Program-made: the position numbers and the translations under genes | Assembly: GCF_963921235.1 (NCBI RefSeq) | Contig: NC_086098.1 | Span: forward strand, 8,060,001 to 8,124,000 | Length of the DNA: 64,000 nt | Source: Mobula hypostoma | Lineage: Eukaryota | Direction: 5' to 3' | Shown here: positions 11,245 to 23,634 of the stretch, piece by piece | Layout: every line of letters starts with the position of its first letter | Position numbering within the stretch: the first letter of the stretch is position 1 | Notes under the pieces: model-generated | The model's database searches: none | The model's input: the letters and a program-made list of their open reading frames with translations, nothing else | Told to the model about the DNA's origin: nothing

Positions 11245-12345
11245 TTGCAATACCATCATACCCCCGAAAAGGGTGCAGCAATTGTCCTCACTGTGTCTCA
11301 ACACCTCCCTCTGCAATTCGATACTGGACTTCTTAACAGTAAGGCCACAGTCAGTCCGTGTGGGCTGCAATGCCTCTCAGCCCCTTTACGCTGAACACTG
11401 GTGCCCCTCAAGGCTGCGTGTTCAGCCCGTTGTTGTTCACACTGCTGGCACACGACTGTGTTGCAGAATCCAGCTCAAGCTGTCATCAAATTTACAGATG
11501 ACTCTACAGTCGTTAGCCTTACCAAGAACGATGATGAGACGGAGTACAGGGAGGAAGTGGAGCAGCTGGTGGATTAGTGTGAGAAGAACAACCTAAACCT
11601 GAATGTGGAGAAGACAAAGAAACACATTGTGGCCTTCAGGAAGGTGCAAACAAACCATCCCCCTCTGTGAATACATGGTTTCTCCGTTGAGAGAGTTATG
11701 TGCACCAAGCTCTTGGAGTTCACATCACAAATGACTTCAGATGACTTGATCCCTTAATATCACCTCCCTGAATAAGAAAGAACAACAGCTCCTCCACTTC
11801 CCAAGAAGACTGAGGTAAGCAAGGCTCCACCCCTCCAAGAACACCATTGAGAGCGTCCTGACAATTTCCATCTCTGTCTGGTACGGGAGCAGTCGAGCAA
11901 CGGAGCGGAAGTCCTTACAAAGGACTGTGAGGACAGCTGAGAGGATCATAGGGGCTTCCCTACCATCCATCAGGACATTTATCAGAGTGCTGCATACACA
12001 GGGCCCTTAGTATTATTAAGGATCCCTCCCGTCCATCCAGCATCCTCTTTGACTTTCTACTATCAGGCAGGAGACTACAAGGCATAAAAACAGCAATCAT
12101 CAGGACGAAAAACAGTGTCTTCCCCCAAGTCATTAGGTTACTGAACTCCCAGCAACACTGCAGTCAAAATGTCCCTTTTTCATCTGTTCCATGCTTTACA
12201 ATATTTAATATTAAGGCACTTTAGTTTGTTATTTACCTGTCATTCATCTGTAAATGTTATCCACACCTCCAACAGTTATTGTGTGTTATGTGTACTACTG
12301 TGCTTTACACCCTGATTTGGAGAAATGTTGTTTTGTTTCTATATA
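11245..12345 (+). mobile_element. Degraded Rex1/Babar RT and 3' end
   Basis: [11 protein letters not shown] and KFTDD-like remnants plus the IIKDP...SGRR C-terminal region. Confidence 0.75.
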
Positions 12346-12875
12346 ACGAAGATAAAATCTACAGGTGCTGGAAATCTGAACAACACACACAAAATGCTGG
12401 AGGAATTCAGCAGGCCAGGCAGCACTGAGGGAAAAAAGTACAGTCGGCGTTTCGGGCCTGGCCTGCTGAGGTCCTCCAGCACTTTGTGTGTGTTCAAGCA
12501 ACACACATCAAAGTTGCTGGTGAACGCAGCAGGCCAGGCAGCATCTCTAGGAAGAGGTACAGTCGACTTTTCGGACCGAGACCCTTCGTCAGGACTAACT
12601 GAAGGAAGAGCTGTAACAGATTTGAAAGTGGGGGGAGGGAGAGATCCAAAATGATAGGAGAAGACAGGAGGGGGAGGGATGGAGCCAGGAGCTGGACAGG
12701 TGATTGGCAAAAGGTATATGAGAGGATCATGGGACTGGAGGCCCAGGCGGAAGGAAAAGGGGGAGGGGGGAAAACGCAGAGGATGGGCAAGGGGTACAGT
12801 CAGAGGAACAGAGGGAGAAAAAGGAGAAAGAGAGAAAGAATATGTGTATATAAATAAATAGCAGATGGGGTACAA
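12346..12875 (-). mobile_element. Penelope pLTR cluster (palindromic piece plus UTR-bearing piece)
   Basis: CACAAAATGCTGGAGG...CAGGCCAGGCAGCA motif, hammerhead-like core at ~12561-12596(-), and a purine-rich tract. Confidence 0.75.
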
Positions 12876-13042
12876 GGGTTGTGTTGTTCATTTCTATATA
12901 CATTATATGGCTAAATACATTATATACATGTATATAGTTAAATGACAATAAACTTGACTTAACTCATGATGGCTACTGTTAGGACAAATATATTTCCACA
13001 ATGCAGAATTGCACTGGAAGCAATACAAGGTAAATTCCTTAC

Positions 13043-13262
13043 CTAGTTTCAGTCCTCGTCCCCATCCCCAGTCCACATGACACAGAACACCCTCCACTCT
13101 TTCTGTCAGCACCACAGATCTTGCTTCCGATCCAGGTACTGGCCCCAAGATGTTGCTCCGCAGGCCCAAAGGGTTCATGCTTCAACATTCTGAGACCCGC
13201 TTTCACCACGGAGTCTGTGTTTACAGTCCAAGCAACCCCCAACCACATGAACGTCTTAAACA
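13043..13262 (-). other. Candidate exon, open frame ending in a TSP1-like motif (CSVSCGLGMGTRT)
   Basis: Non-repetitive-looking 220 nt bounded by cccag| and CTAG|gtaagg, with a stop-free frame. No gene recognised. Confidence 0.25.
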
Positions 13263-14990
13263 CTGGGCATAATTAAGATGCGTTGCAGCAGAGACGTGAA
13301 CTAAATGGGGCTTGATGCATTGCTGTTACGACTTACCAAGCGTATTTGGCTGCACTGTAGCATCTAGGCTGTGGAATTTACTTGGAGTCATCACAACATC
13401 ACAGAACCAGGCCACTCAGCCCAACTAGTCCATTCTAACCAGTTAATCTAACCCTCCATACCTCTCCATTTAAGTATTTCTCCAATCTTTACTTTGAACC
13501 CACATCACCAGTTCCACTGACAGCTTGTTCCACACTCGAACCATCCTCTGAGTGAAGAAAGTCACCCTCAGTTTTCACCCAAATATTTCACATTTCACCT
13601 TTAACCCATAACCTCTAGTTTCTGTCTCACACAATCACAGTGGAAAATGCCTGCTTACATTTACCCTATCTATATCCTTCATAAATTTTGTATAACTCTA
13701 TCAAATCTCCACTCATTCTCCTACATTCCAGCAAATAAAGTCCGAGCTTATTCAACCTTTTCCTATGACTCAGCTCCTCGAGATATAGGAGCAGAATCAG
13801 GCCATTTGTGCTCTGTCATTTTATCATGACTCGTCTATTTTTCCTCTCAACCCCAAGCTCCTGGCTTTCCCCCTGATTCCCTTGATGCTCTGACCAGTCA
13901 GGAATCTACCAACCTCTGCCTGCACAAGGACTTGGTCTCCACAGCTGCCTATGGCAAAGAATTCCACAGATTAATTGGCTAAAGAAATTCCTCCTCATCT
14001 TCATTCTAAAAGGATGATCCTCTATTCTGAGGCTGTGTCCTCTTGCCTTAGACTCTCCCAACACAGGAAAAATCCTCTCCACATCCACTCTATCAAGGCC
14101 TTTTACCATTTGATAAGGTCAATAAGGTCACCCCTCATTCTTCTGAATTCCAATGAATACAGGTCGAGAGCCATCAAACGCTCTTCATATGACAAGCCAT
14201 TCAATCCTGGGATCATTTTCGTGAACCTCCTTTGAACTTTCTCCAGCTTCAGCACATACTTTCTAAGATAACGAACTCAAAGTGCATGACCAGACACTGT
14301 ATTCTCTCTGCTATTTCTTTGACCATTCTCCTAATCTGTCTAAGCCCTTCTGTAGCCTCTCTATTTCCTCAAAGCTACCTGCTCCTTCACCTATCTTGCA
14401 ACATTTGCAACAAAGCCATCAATTCCATTATCCAAATCATTGATGTATAATGTAAAAAGAATCGGTCCCAACACAGACCCCTGTGGAACATCGCTAGTCA
14501 CCGGCAGTCAGACAGAAAAGGCTCCCTTTATTCACACCCTTTGCCTCCTGCCAACCGGCCACTGATTTATCCATGCTAGTACCTTTCCTTTAATACCATG
14601 GGCTCTCATCTTGTTAGGCAGCCTTATGAGTGACACCTTGTCAAAGGCCCTCTGAAAATCCAAGTACATCTCAACTAATTCTTTTTTTGTCAGTCCAGAT
14701 TGTTAATTCTTCAAAGAATTCCAACAGATTTGTCAGGCAAGATTTTCGCTTGACGAAACCATGCTGACAGCTGACTATTTTATCATGTACATCCAAGCAC
14801 CCTGAGACCTCATCCTTAATAATCTATTGCAGAATCAGAATCAGATTTATTATCACCGGCACGTGACGTGAAATTTGTTAACTTAGTAGTAGCACTTCAA
14901 TGCAATACATAATATAGAAGAGAAAAAAACAAATAAATAATTTTTTAAAAAATAATAAATAAATAAATTACAGTATACATATAGGGAATA

Positions 14991-15206
14991 TGCTGGCTGG
15001 TGGTGTAGCAGCATCAGCACCAGACTTCGGAGCAAAGGCTCCCAAGTTCGAATCCAGCCAGCTCACTTGCACGCTTTCCATCCATGCTGGGTTGAGCGTC
15101 GAGCTAGCAACTCGGCCTCGTAAAAATAAGAAAGCATGCTAAAAAAAAGCCGTCATGACAGCGTCCTGATGACTCCACTCGGAATTAAGGGCTTTCTTCT
15201 TCTTCT
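14991..15206 (+). mobile_element. tRNA-derived SINE
   Basis: A box TGGTGTAGCAG, B box GTTCGAATCC, (TTC)n tail, and flanking imperfect direct repeat TATAGGGAATA/TATAGTGAATA. Confidence 0.7.
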
Positions 15207-16220
15207 ATAGTGAATAGATTTTAAAAAGTGCAAAAAACAAAAATATTGTATATTAAAAAAGTGAGGTAGCGTCCAAAGCTTCAACGTCTATTTAGGAATC
15301 GGGTGGCGGAGGGGAAGAAACTGTTCCTGAATCACTGAGTGTGTGCCTTCAGGCTTCTGTACCTCCTCCCTGATGGTAACAGTGAAAAAAGGGCATGCCC
15401 TGGGTGCTGGAGGTCCTTAATAATGGACGCTTCCTTTCTGAGACACCGCTCCCTGAAGATGTCCTGGGTACTTTGTAGGCTAGTACCCAAGATGGAGCTG
15501 ACTAGATTTACAATCCTCTGGAGTTTCTGCGATATCTTCCCAACCACTGGGGTCAGACTAACTGGCCTGTAGTTCCCTTTCTTCTTCCTCTCTCCCTTCT
15601 TGAAGAGTGGAGTGACATTTGCAATTTTCCAATCTTCCAGAACCATTCCAGAATCTAGTGTTTCTTGAAAGATCAATACTAAGCCTCCACGATCTCTTCA
15701 GCCACTTCCTTCTGAACCTTGGGGTGTACAGAATCTGGTCCAGGTGACCTTTCAGTTTCCCAAGAACCTTCTCTCTAGTTAAGGTAACTTCACACACTTC
15801 ATGACCCCTGACACCTGGAACTTCCACCATACTGCTAGTGTCTTCCACAGTGAAGACTAATGCAAAATACTTATTCAGTTCATCCGCCATTTCATTGTCC
15901 CCATTTCTATTTTTCCAGCATCATTGTCCAATATCCAGTTTCACCTCTCTTACATTTTATTGCAGTCCTGGCAATATCCTTGTAAATTTTCTCTGTACGC
16001 TTTCAATCTTACTGATATATAGTATTTCTTGTAGGTCAGTGACCAGAACTGCACACTATACTCTAAATTAGGCTCAGCAATGCTTTATACAACTTCAACA
16101 TAATATCGCATAGATAAGGTAAATGTACCATAACTAACTTTTGGGTTGGCATGATAGTGTATTGGCCAGTGAAATATTATTGGCTAGCTTACTTTTGTAT
16201 TCCATCTTTACTTTCATATT

Positions 16221-16376
16221 CAAAAGTTGCTGGTGAACGCAGCAGGCCAGGCAGCATCTCTAGGAAGAGGTGCAGTCGACGTTTCAGGCCGAGACCCTTC
16301 ATCAGGACTAACTGTAGTTCACCAGCAACTTTTGTGTGTGTTGCTTGAATTTCCAGCATCTGCAGAATTCCTGCTG
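16221..16376. mobile_element. Short Penelope insertion with inverted segment and 14-bp flanking direct repeat
   Basis: TTTACTTTCATATT at 16207-16220 and 16377-16390. Confidence 0.8.
16274..16309 (-). ncRNA. Minimal type I hammerhead ribozyme motif (Penelope-associated)
   Basis: Minus strand reads AGUC-CUGAUGA-AGGGUCUCGGCCU-GAAA-CG-UC-GACU: stem I AGUC/GACU, conserved CUGANGA and GAAA boxes, palindromic mini stem III, GUC cleavage triplet. Confidence 0.7.
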
Positions 16377-17059
16377 TTTACTTTCATATTGTTCTTTTTA
16401 ATTGCTTTCTCTTGGTGCTTTAAAGCTTCCCAATCATATAACTTCCATCTAATCCTTGTTCTATTGTATGCCCTCTCTTTAGTTTTATGTTGGCTTTGAC
16501 TTCTCTTGTTATCTATGGTTGTGTCATCTTTCCTGTAGAATATTTATTCCATGTTGAGAAGTGTATATATCATGTGCCTTCTAAATTGCTTCCAAAAGCT
16601 CTAGCCTTTGCTGCTCTGCCATCATCTCTGCCAGTGTTCTTTTCCAATCAATTCTGGCCAACTCCTCTCTCGTGTCTCTGTAATCCTCTTTACTCCACTG
16701 TAATACTGATACATCTGACTTTAGCTTCTTCTTCTCAAAAATTTCAGGGTGTAATTGATCATATAATGATCACTTTCCCTGAAGGGTTCTTTTACCTTAA
16801 GCTCTCTAATCAATTCTGGTTCATTGCACAACACCCAGTCCAGAATAGCTGTTCCTGTCATGGGGTCAACCACAAGTTGCTCTAAAAAGCCATCTCGTAG
16901 GCATTCTAGGAATTCCTCCTCCTGTAATTCAGCACCAGAATTCATATAGTTATGAAAATAGAAATTATAGCTACATTTTTAAAAAATATAGTAATTTTAA
17001 TATCTAAAACATACATCGCTGTATATTTTGATGCTTTGCTGTACATGTGACAAATAAAG

Positions 17060-17545
17060 TTAATTTAAAGTTCAAGTTACTTGTCATATGACTGTAAATA
17101 TATATATAAATTAAAATAAATGAAACGATGTTCCTCTGGACCACGATGCGCCCACAGAACATATCACACACAGCATAAATAAAAATATTACCACAGATAA
17201 GTTAATAAAATATAATTCAAAATGATGTGTGCAACACAAGTAAACAGTAAACAACATGGTAAACAGCTCGCTGTCCTCGTGACAAGATCTTGGTGGAGGC
17301 AAGGTATTCATTAGTCGCACGGCCTGAGGGAAGAAGCTGTTACCCAGTCTGGCAGTCCTAGTCCTGATGATCCTATACCTCCTCCCTGACTGTAGTGGGT
17401 CAAAGATATAGTGGGATGGGTGGTAGGGATCAACAAAGTTTCAGGTCCAGCACAAATAGGGAGGAAGGAGACACTGGTGATTCTCTTGGCAGTGGTTAAC
17501 TATTCTCTATAGCGTCTTGCAGTCTAACGCCTTGCAGCTTCCAAA
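17060..17545 (-). mobile_element. Rex1/Babar 3' fragment
   Basis: SGRRYR...NSFFPQAVRLMN-type remnant plus 3' tail. Confidence 0.7.
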
Positions 17546-17928
17546 ATACGCAATAATTTCTCCTTATTTCCTTTATCTTTACCAGAAAGTGCCACGTATA
17601 GAAAAACCAAATAAAGAGAAGAAAACCCAATAGTCTTGTGAGACCCAAAGCGACACATTACTTATACTCGTATTGTTAAATCCATTGTAATTGATGCTTA
17701 TATGCCCAGGTCAGTTGTGATGACAGAACAGAACTGAAACATGCAAACTTTCTAAGGGGCTTGTCAGAATAGATGTTAATCTGATCTGTTTCCTGGCACA
17801 GTGTCTGGAGCCAAGGTCTGAAACTCAAAATAAGGGATTTGTCATTCTGGATAAAGACAAAAATAAGTATCTTCAACCAGCAAAAGTGAATTTTTGGAAT
17901 TCTCTATCGAGTGAGCTATTGAGGTTTA

Positions 17929-18161
17929 TTTATTTATCAATCCCCCAATTTAGTCCGAGCCTAATCACAGGACAATTTACAATACCCAATTAATCTGCCA
18001 ACTAGTACGCCTTTGGTCTGTGGAAGGAAACGGGAGCACCTGGAGGAAACCCATTGGTTATGGGGAGAATGTACACACTCCTTAGGGGCTGTGGTGGGAA
18101 TTGAACACGGGTCACTGGTACAGTGAAATGTTGTGCTAACCACTATGCTATGGTACTGCCC
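17929..18161 (-). mobile_element. V-domain SINE (HE1-like) with 9-bp TSD
   Basis: V-domain GGGTTTCCTCCAGGTGCTCCCGTTTCCT on the minus strand; TSD TGAGGTTTA at 17920-17928 and 18162-18170. Other copies at ~39265-39490, 55940-56200 and 57060-57215. Confidence 0.75.
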
Positions 18162-19045
18162 TGAGGTTTAGGCACTGAGTATGTACAGAACAGAGATCAA
18201 CAGATTTCAAAGTTGAAGATTCAAATTTATTGTCTAAGTATGCATACCATATACAACCCTGAGATTTGTCTTCTTGCAGGCAGCCAAAAAAGCAACAAAC
18301 ACAACAGAACCCATGTAAAGCCATACACAACAGACCGACAAACAACCAACATGCAATGGTTCAAGTCGCCCAGATAGTTAAAAAGTGTAAGTAAATAATA
18401 TATAGAGCACACTTTCTACATCAATTCACCCAAAGGCATTCTCTGATTTATAGCACCGTCACTTTAACACATCATGCTCTGCATAGCACACGTAGTGAGG
18501 GTGTATTCACAGTTGTGTGGCCCGAAATTTGACACAGTTATTATGCACACAAAAGATCATTAACAATATGTAAAGCTTTGCTCACTATTACCAATGAAAA
18601 ACCTTCTCCAGTGGCAGCAGAAAAAATATTATGGTCTCACACATTTTAATTCCTGCTTCCAGGCACTAATGAATCTTCAGGCAATTGTCCTCCAATTGTC
18701 CTGGTGGGCCTGAGTCAATGGATGAGTATTTACTCAGGGTGACATATTTGTAGGGTTATATTTATGGGAATGAACTTTCCTACTATCAAATATGTTTATA
18801 TTTTGCTGTGATGCCATTAGCTAGAACACCTGTGGAGTTGAGTTCATGGAATTGCTTTATGATGTTGTTGTTTGGTCATTTCTGACTACAATATTGAATC
18901 TCTGAACTGGAATGTGTACACGCATTTAATTTATGCACGCTCACTGCCTCATTAGGGCTTTTGGAAACATAAAGAGATCAGGGTTTCATGACAGAATAGC
19001 ACTGTCTTTACATTCCACAAATGAAATCTACATCAAAATGTCAAA

Positions 19046-19184
19046 ATGTTAGTCCTGACGAAGGGTCTCGGCCTGAAGCGTTGACTGCACCTCTTCCTAC
19101 AGATGCTGCCTGGCCTGCTGCGTTCACCAGCAACTCTGAAGTGTGTTGCTTGAATTTCCAGCATCGGCAGAATTCCTGTTTGCG
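19046..19184 (+). mobile_element. Short Penelope pLTR insertion with 13-bp TSD
   Basis: TCAAAATGTCAAA at 19033-19045 and 19185-19197. Hammerhead core at 19051-19086 has GAAA mutated to GAAG. Confidence 0.8.
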
Positions 19185-20648
19185 TCAAAATGTCAAATCA
19201 AAGTTAGAAACTTACAACAGCGCTAACCAAGCTAGAGTTAAACCTGACTTTTTCTTCTTTGAAGTCACTTTCAAAAAAGCACTATACAATCAAACACTCC
19301 AGTTGAGTATGTTATAGGGAATGTGGATAATTGAGTCACATGTATGATCTTGTCCAAAACAGTTGGAAGTCTTGTGCCCATTGAACAGCCAACAGTTGAG
19401 TACTGAATCATTTATACATTTATACTGCAAATATCTCCTAGATTACCAGGGAGAGATTGTAATGAAGACAGCTACTAATTCCTTCCTGTGGCCTATGTTA
19501 TATTTTTCCAGCGTACTCCACTGCAATCAACATTCAGCACAGGCTTCAAATTAACTCTTACACTGAATGTTTTCTTCAAAGCACCATATCCACACTGAGG
19601 ACACCTTCCATCAGTCGGTTTGACCCGAGCACTCGCCTCCCCAGCATCAAGGACACCTTCAAAAGACGATGCCTCAAAAAGGCAGCATCCATCATTAAGG
19701 ACCCCCATCACCCCGGACAAGCCCAATAGGGTGGTTTGAATGTACAAAGATTCACTGATTCAAGGTACATTTATCATCAAAGAGGGTATAAATTATACAA
19801 CCTTGAGATTTGTCTGCTTACAGGCAGCCTCAAAGCAAAAAAGCCAAAAGAACCCAATTTTTAAAAAATAAAGACACAACATCTGATGCGCAGAGGAAGT
19901 GGAAAGTAAACAGAAATCATGCAAACACTAGCAGCGAGCAATAGTATTCCGAACCAGATTGACTCCTTAGGTCTGGAGCATCCTGGAGTGGGCCCAAGCC
20001 TCGGTCTCAGTTCGTCATATTAGCAGGGTGAAGCTCGCAGACACGAAGCACAGCTGCGAGGGCAGTCTCTCAGCCTCAGCATTGCAGAGAGAGGACTGAT
20101 AATCGCGGGAGAGCGAGCAAAATTGGCCCGACCCTCACCTCCGGTCCTGATACCCTGCTTTTCCAGTCTATCTGGTCTGGCATTTAAATTATCCAAGCAG
20201 CAGATCGTGCCTCTTAGCACTCGGGGCCCCGCCGCAAAGAAATGCTCCAGGCCTAGACTACACCACCCAACGATACGCACTGGACCCAGATCTTGCCGCC
20301 TTGCCTGAAATCGGCTTAGCGCTTAGAACAATCCAACTTGACACCCGGGTTAGTTCGACAGGCATTGAAACGCCTCTGCCTTGACTACTCCTCTCTAAGT
20401 CACTCACTCTACCTCTGTCTGCGTCAATTTTGTAACACCAAGCAAGGCTCATTCCACGAATTCTCTTCACCTTCACTCATCTTTTCATTGTTTGTGGTGA
20501 TTGTTTACCACAATTTATTTCAGAAAATATGTTATTACTAATGTTTTTAGTCACATTCCTTGCCTTTCGAACTAGCAGTAAACTACCATTTACCTTCAGT
20601 AGCATCATCTTAAACTGGAAGTGAGAGAAGAATACATATATTGAATAC

Positions 20649-21005
20649 TGTGACGAAGGCCCATCACTAACTATGGATGGATGGCACATGGCGCACTCGG
20701 TAAAACACACATCCCCAGCAGTACTTGTGACTGGGTCTCAAACAGAGGCAGCAGCAACCTGCACAGGTGTGCTGATGGTGGAGGATACCATCTTTAATTG
20801 GATAATTGAGTTAATTAGCTTTTGGTTGGTCTAGGGGGAAGGACATAAGCCTCAGGTCACCAAGGCTTTGGTGTTAGTTTTCTTTTGTGTTTAGCCTGAG
20901 GGTGCCTATATATATATATATATATATAGTTTTTTTTCCAGTTTTTGTCTGGTCAAGCCATTTGGTTATTTTTCTTAAACAACTGACCCACGGTTTTTTG
21001 TGACA
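20649..21005. mobile_element. Probable solo LTR
   Basis: TG...CA ends (TGTGAC...GTGACA), flanks AATAC/TATAC, internal (TA)n. Confidence 0.45.
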
Positions 21006-21132
21006 TATACATACTATGATAATACATATATTGTATACATACTTCGATAATAAATATACTTTGAACTTTGAGTAGCTCAGAAACTGCTGATCTCCTGGGA
21101 TTTTCACGTACAATAGTCTCTAGAGTTTACAG

Positions 21133-23274
21133 GGGCATTTGATAAGGTACCCCATGCAAGGATTATTGAGAAAGTAAGGAGGCATGGGATCCAAGGGGAC
21201 TTTGCTGGGTGAATCGAGAATTAGCCCTCCACACTATCCACAACACCTCCAACCTTTGTATCATCAGCAAATTCACTAACCCATTCCTCCACTTCCTCAT
21301 CCAGGTCATTTATAAAAATCACAAAGAGAAGGGGTCCCAGAAAAGATCCCTGAGGCACACCACTGGTCACTGACCTCCATGAAGTATATGACCCATCTAC
21401 AACCACTCTTTGCCTTCTGTGGGCAAGCCAGTTTTGGACCAACAAAGCAAGGTCCCCTTGGATCCCATGTCTCCTTACTTTCCCAATAAGCCTTGCATGG
21501 GTTACCTTATCAAATGCCTTGCTGAAATCCATTTACACTACATCTATGGCTCTACCTTCATCAATGTGTTTTGAAAAAGCCATGCTGACTATTCCTAATC
21601 ATATTATGCCTCTCCAAATGTTCATAAATCCTGCCTCTCAGGATATTCTCCATCAACTTACCAACCACTGATGTAACACTCACTGGTCTATAATTTCCTG
21701 GGCTATCCCTACTCCCTTTCTTGAATAATGGAACAACATCCGCAACTCTGCAATTTTCTGGAACCTCTCCTGTCCCCATTGATGATGCAAAGATCATTGC
21801 CAGAGGCTCAGCAATCTCCTTGCCTCCCATAGTAGCCTGGGGTACATCTTGTCCAGTCCCAGTGACTTATCCAACTAGATGCTTTACAAAAGCTCCAGCA
21901 CATCCTCTTTCTTAATATCTATATGCTCAAGCTTTTCAGTCCATTGTAAGTCATCCCTACAATCACCAAGATCCTTTTCCGTAGTGAATACTGAAGCTAC
22001 GTATTCATTAAGTACCTCTGCTATCTCCTCCAGTTCCATACACACTTTTCCACTGTCACACTTGATTGTCCTGTTCTCTCACGTCTTATCCTCTTGTTCT
22101 TCACATATTTGAAGATTGCCTTGGCGTTTTCCTTAATACGGTCCGCCAAGGCCTTTACATGCCCCTTCTGGCTCTCCTAATTTCCTTCCTAAGCTCCTTC
22201 CTGCTTGCCTTATAATCTTCTAGATCTCTATCATTACCTAGTTTTTTGAACCTTTCGTAAGCTCTTCTTTTCTTCTTGACTAGATTTACAACAGCCTTTG
22301 TACACCATGGTTCCTGTACCCTACCATCCTTTCCCTGTCTCATTGGAATGTACCTATGCAGAACTCCACGCAAATATCCCCTGAACATTTGCCACATTTC
22401 TTCCATACATTTCCCTGAGAACATCCAGTCCCAGTTTATGCTTCCAAGTTCCTGCCTGATAGCCTCATATTTCCCCTTATTCCAATTAAATGCTTTCCTA
22501 ACTTGCCTGTTCCTATCCCTCTCCAATGCTATGTTAAAGGATATAGAATTGTGATCACTATCTCCAAAATATTCTCCCACTGAAGGATCTGACACCTGAC
22601 CAAGTTCATTTCCTAATACCAGATCAAGTACAGCCTCTCCTCTTGTAGGCTTATCTACATATTGTGTCAAAAAACCTTCTTGAACACACCTAACAAACTC
22701 CACCCCATCTAAACCCCTTGCTTTAGGGACATGTCAATCAATAATTGAGAAATTAAAATCTACCACCACAACAACCCTGTTACTTTTACACCTTTCCAGA
22801 ATCTGTCTCCGTATCTGCTCCTTGGGTGGTCTGTAAAAAACACCCAGAAGAGTTATTGACCCCTTCCTCTTCCTAACTTCCACACACAGTGACTCCGTAG
22901 ACAATCCCTCCATGTCTTCCTCCTTTTCTGTAGCTGTGACATTATCTCTGATCAACAGTGCCACACCCCCACCTCTTTTGCCTCCCTCCCTGTCCTCTCT
23001 GAAACATCTAAAGCCTGTTACTTGAGGTATCCATTCCTGCCCCTGAGCCATCCAAGTCTTTCTAATGGCTGTGTAATGGTGAGTGCGTGGAACGGTCTGG
23101 CAGTGAAGCAGATACAATAGGATCCTTTAAGAGACTCCTGAATAGGTATATGGAGCTTAGAAAAATAGAGGACTATGGGTAACCCTAGGTAATTTCTAAA
23201 GTAAGTACACATTCAGCACAGAAGGGCTGAAGGGCCTGTATTGTGCACTAGGTTTCTATGTTTCTATGTTTCTA
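21133..23274. mobile_element. Rearranged CR1 insertion (+/-/+ segments) inside a Tc1-like element
   Basis: Plus RT piece 21134-21221, minus EN-RT segment 21222-23070 ([21 protein letters not shown]), plus 3' tail 23073-23274. The Tc1 sequence TTTACAG|...|TACAGAGAATGG flanks it. Confidence 0.8.
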
Positions 23275-23634
23275 CAGAGAATGGTGCGAAAAACAGAAAA
23301 AAACATCTGGTGAGTTGCAGTTCTGTGGGCCAAGACGGCTTGTTAATGAGAGAGGTCAGAGGAGAATGACCAAACTGGCTCGAGCTGACAGGAGGGTGAC
23401 AGTAACTCAAATAACCACACGTTACAACAGTGGGGTGCAGAAGAGCATCTGAACACACAGCACATCAATCCTTGAAGTGGATGGGCTACAACAGTCGAAG
23501 ACCGGGAACAAGAGATACCCAATAAAGTGGCCAGTAAGTCTATGTTTTGATGTACATGTGACAAATAAAATCAATCTTTTATCTTTAATCTTTAAACATC
23601 ACAAAACTAGAAAAAATTAATGTTAAACAAACTA

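Larger units (their letters stand above)
13390..16945 (-). mobile_element. Nested, degraded CR1 fragments with Rex/Babar, SINE and Penelope insertions
   Basis: NYRPVSLT and FLECLRDGFLEQLV motifs. The CR1 at 13390-13780 resumes near 15965. Rex-type sequence spans ~14830-15530. Confidence 0.8.

Noticed and set aside
12903..13178. Alternative-frame ORF ending DWGWGRG
   Set aside because: Only a superficial motif resemblance; overlaps the candidate exon and has no independent support.
17586..17633. Plus-strand acceptor followed by KVPRIEKPNKEKKTQ*
   Set aside because: Very short, no supported upstream plus-strand exons, no recognised homology.
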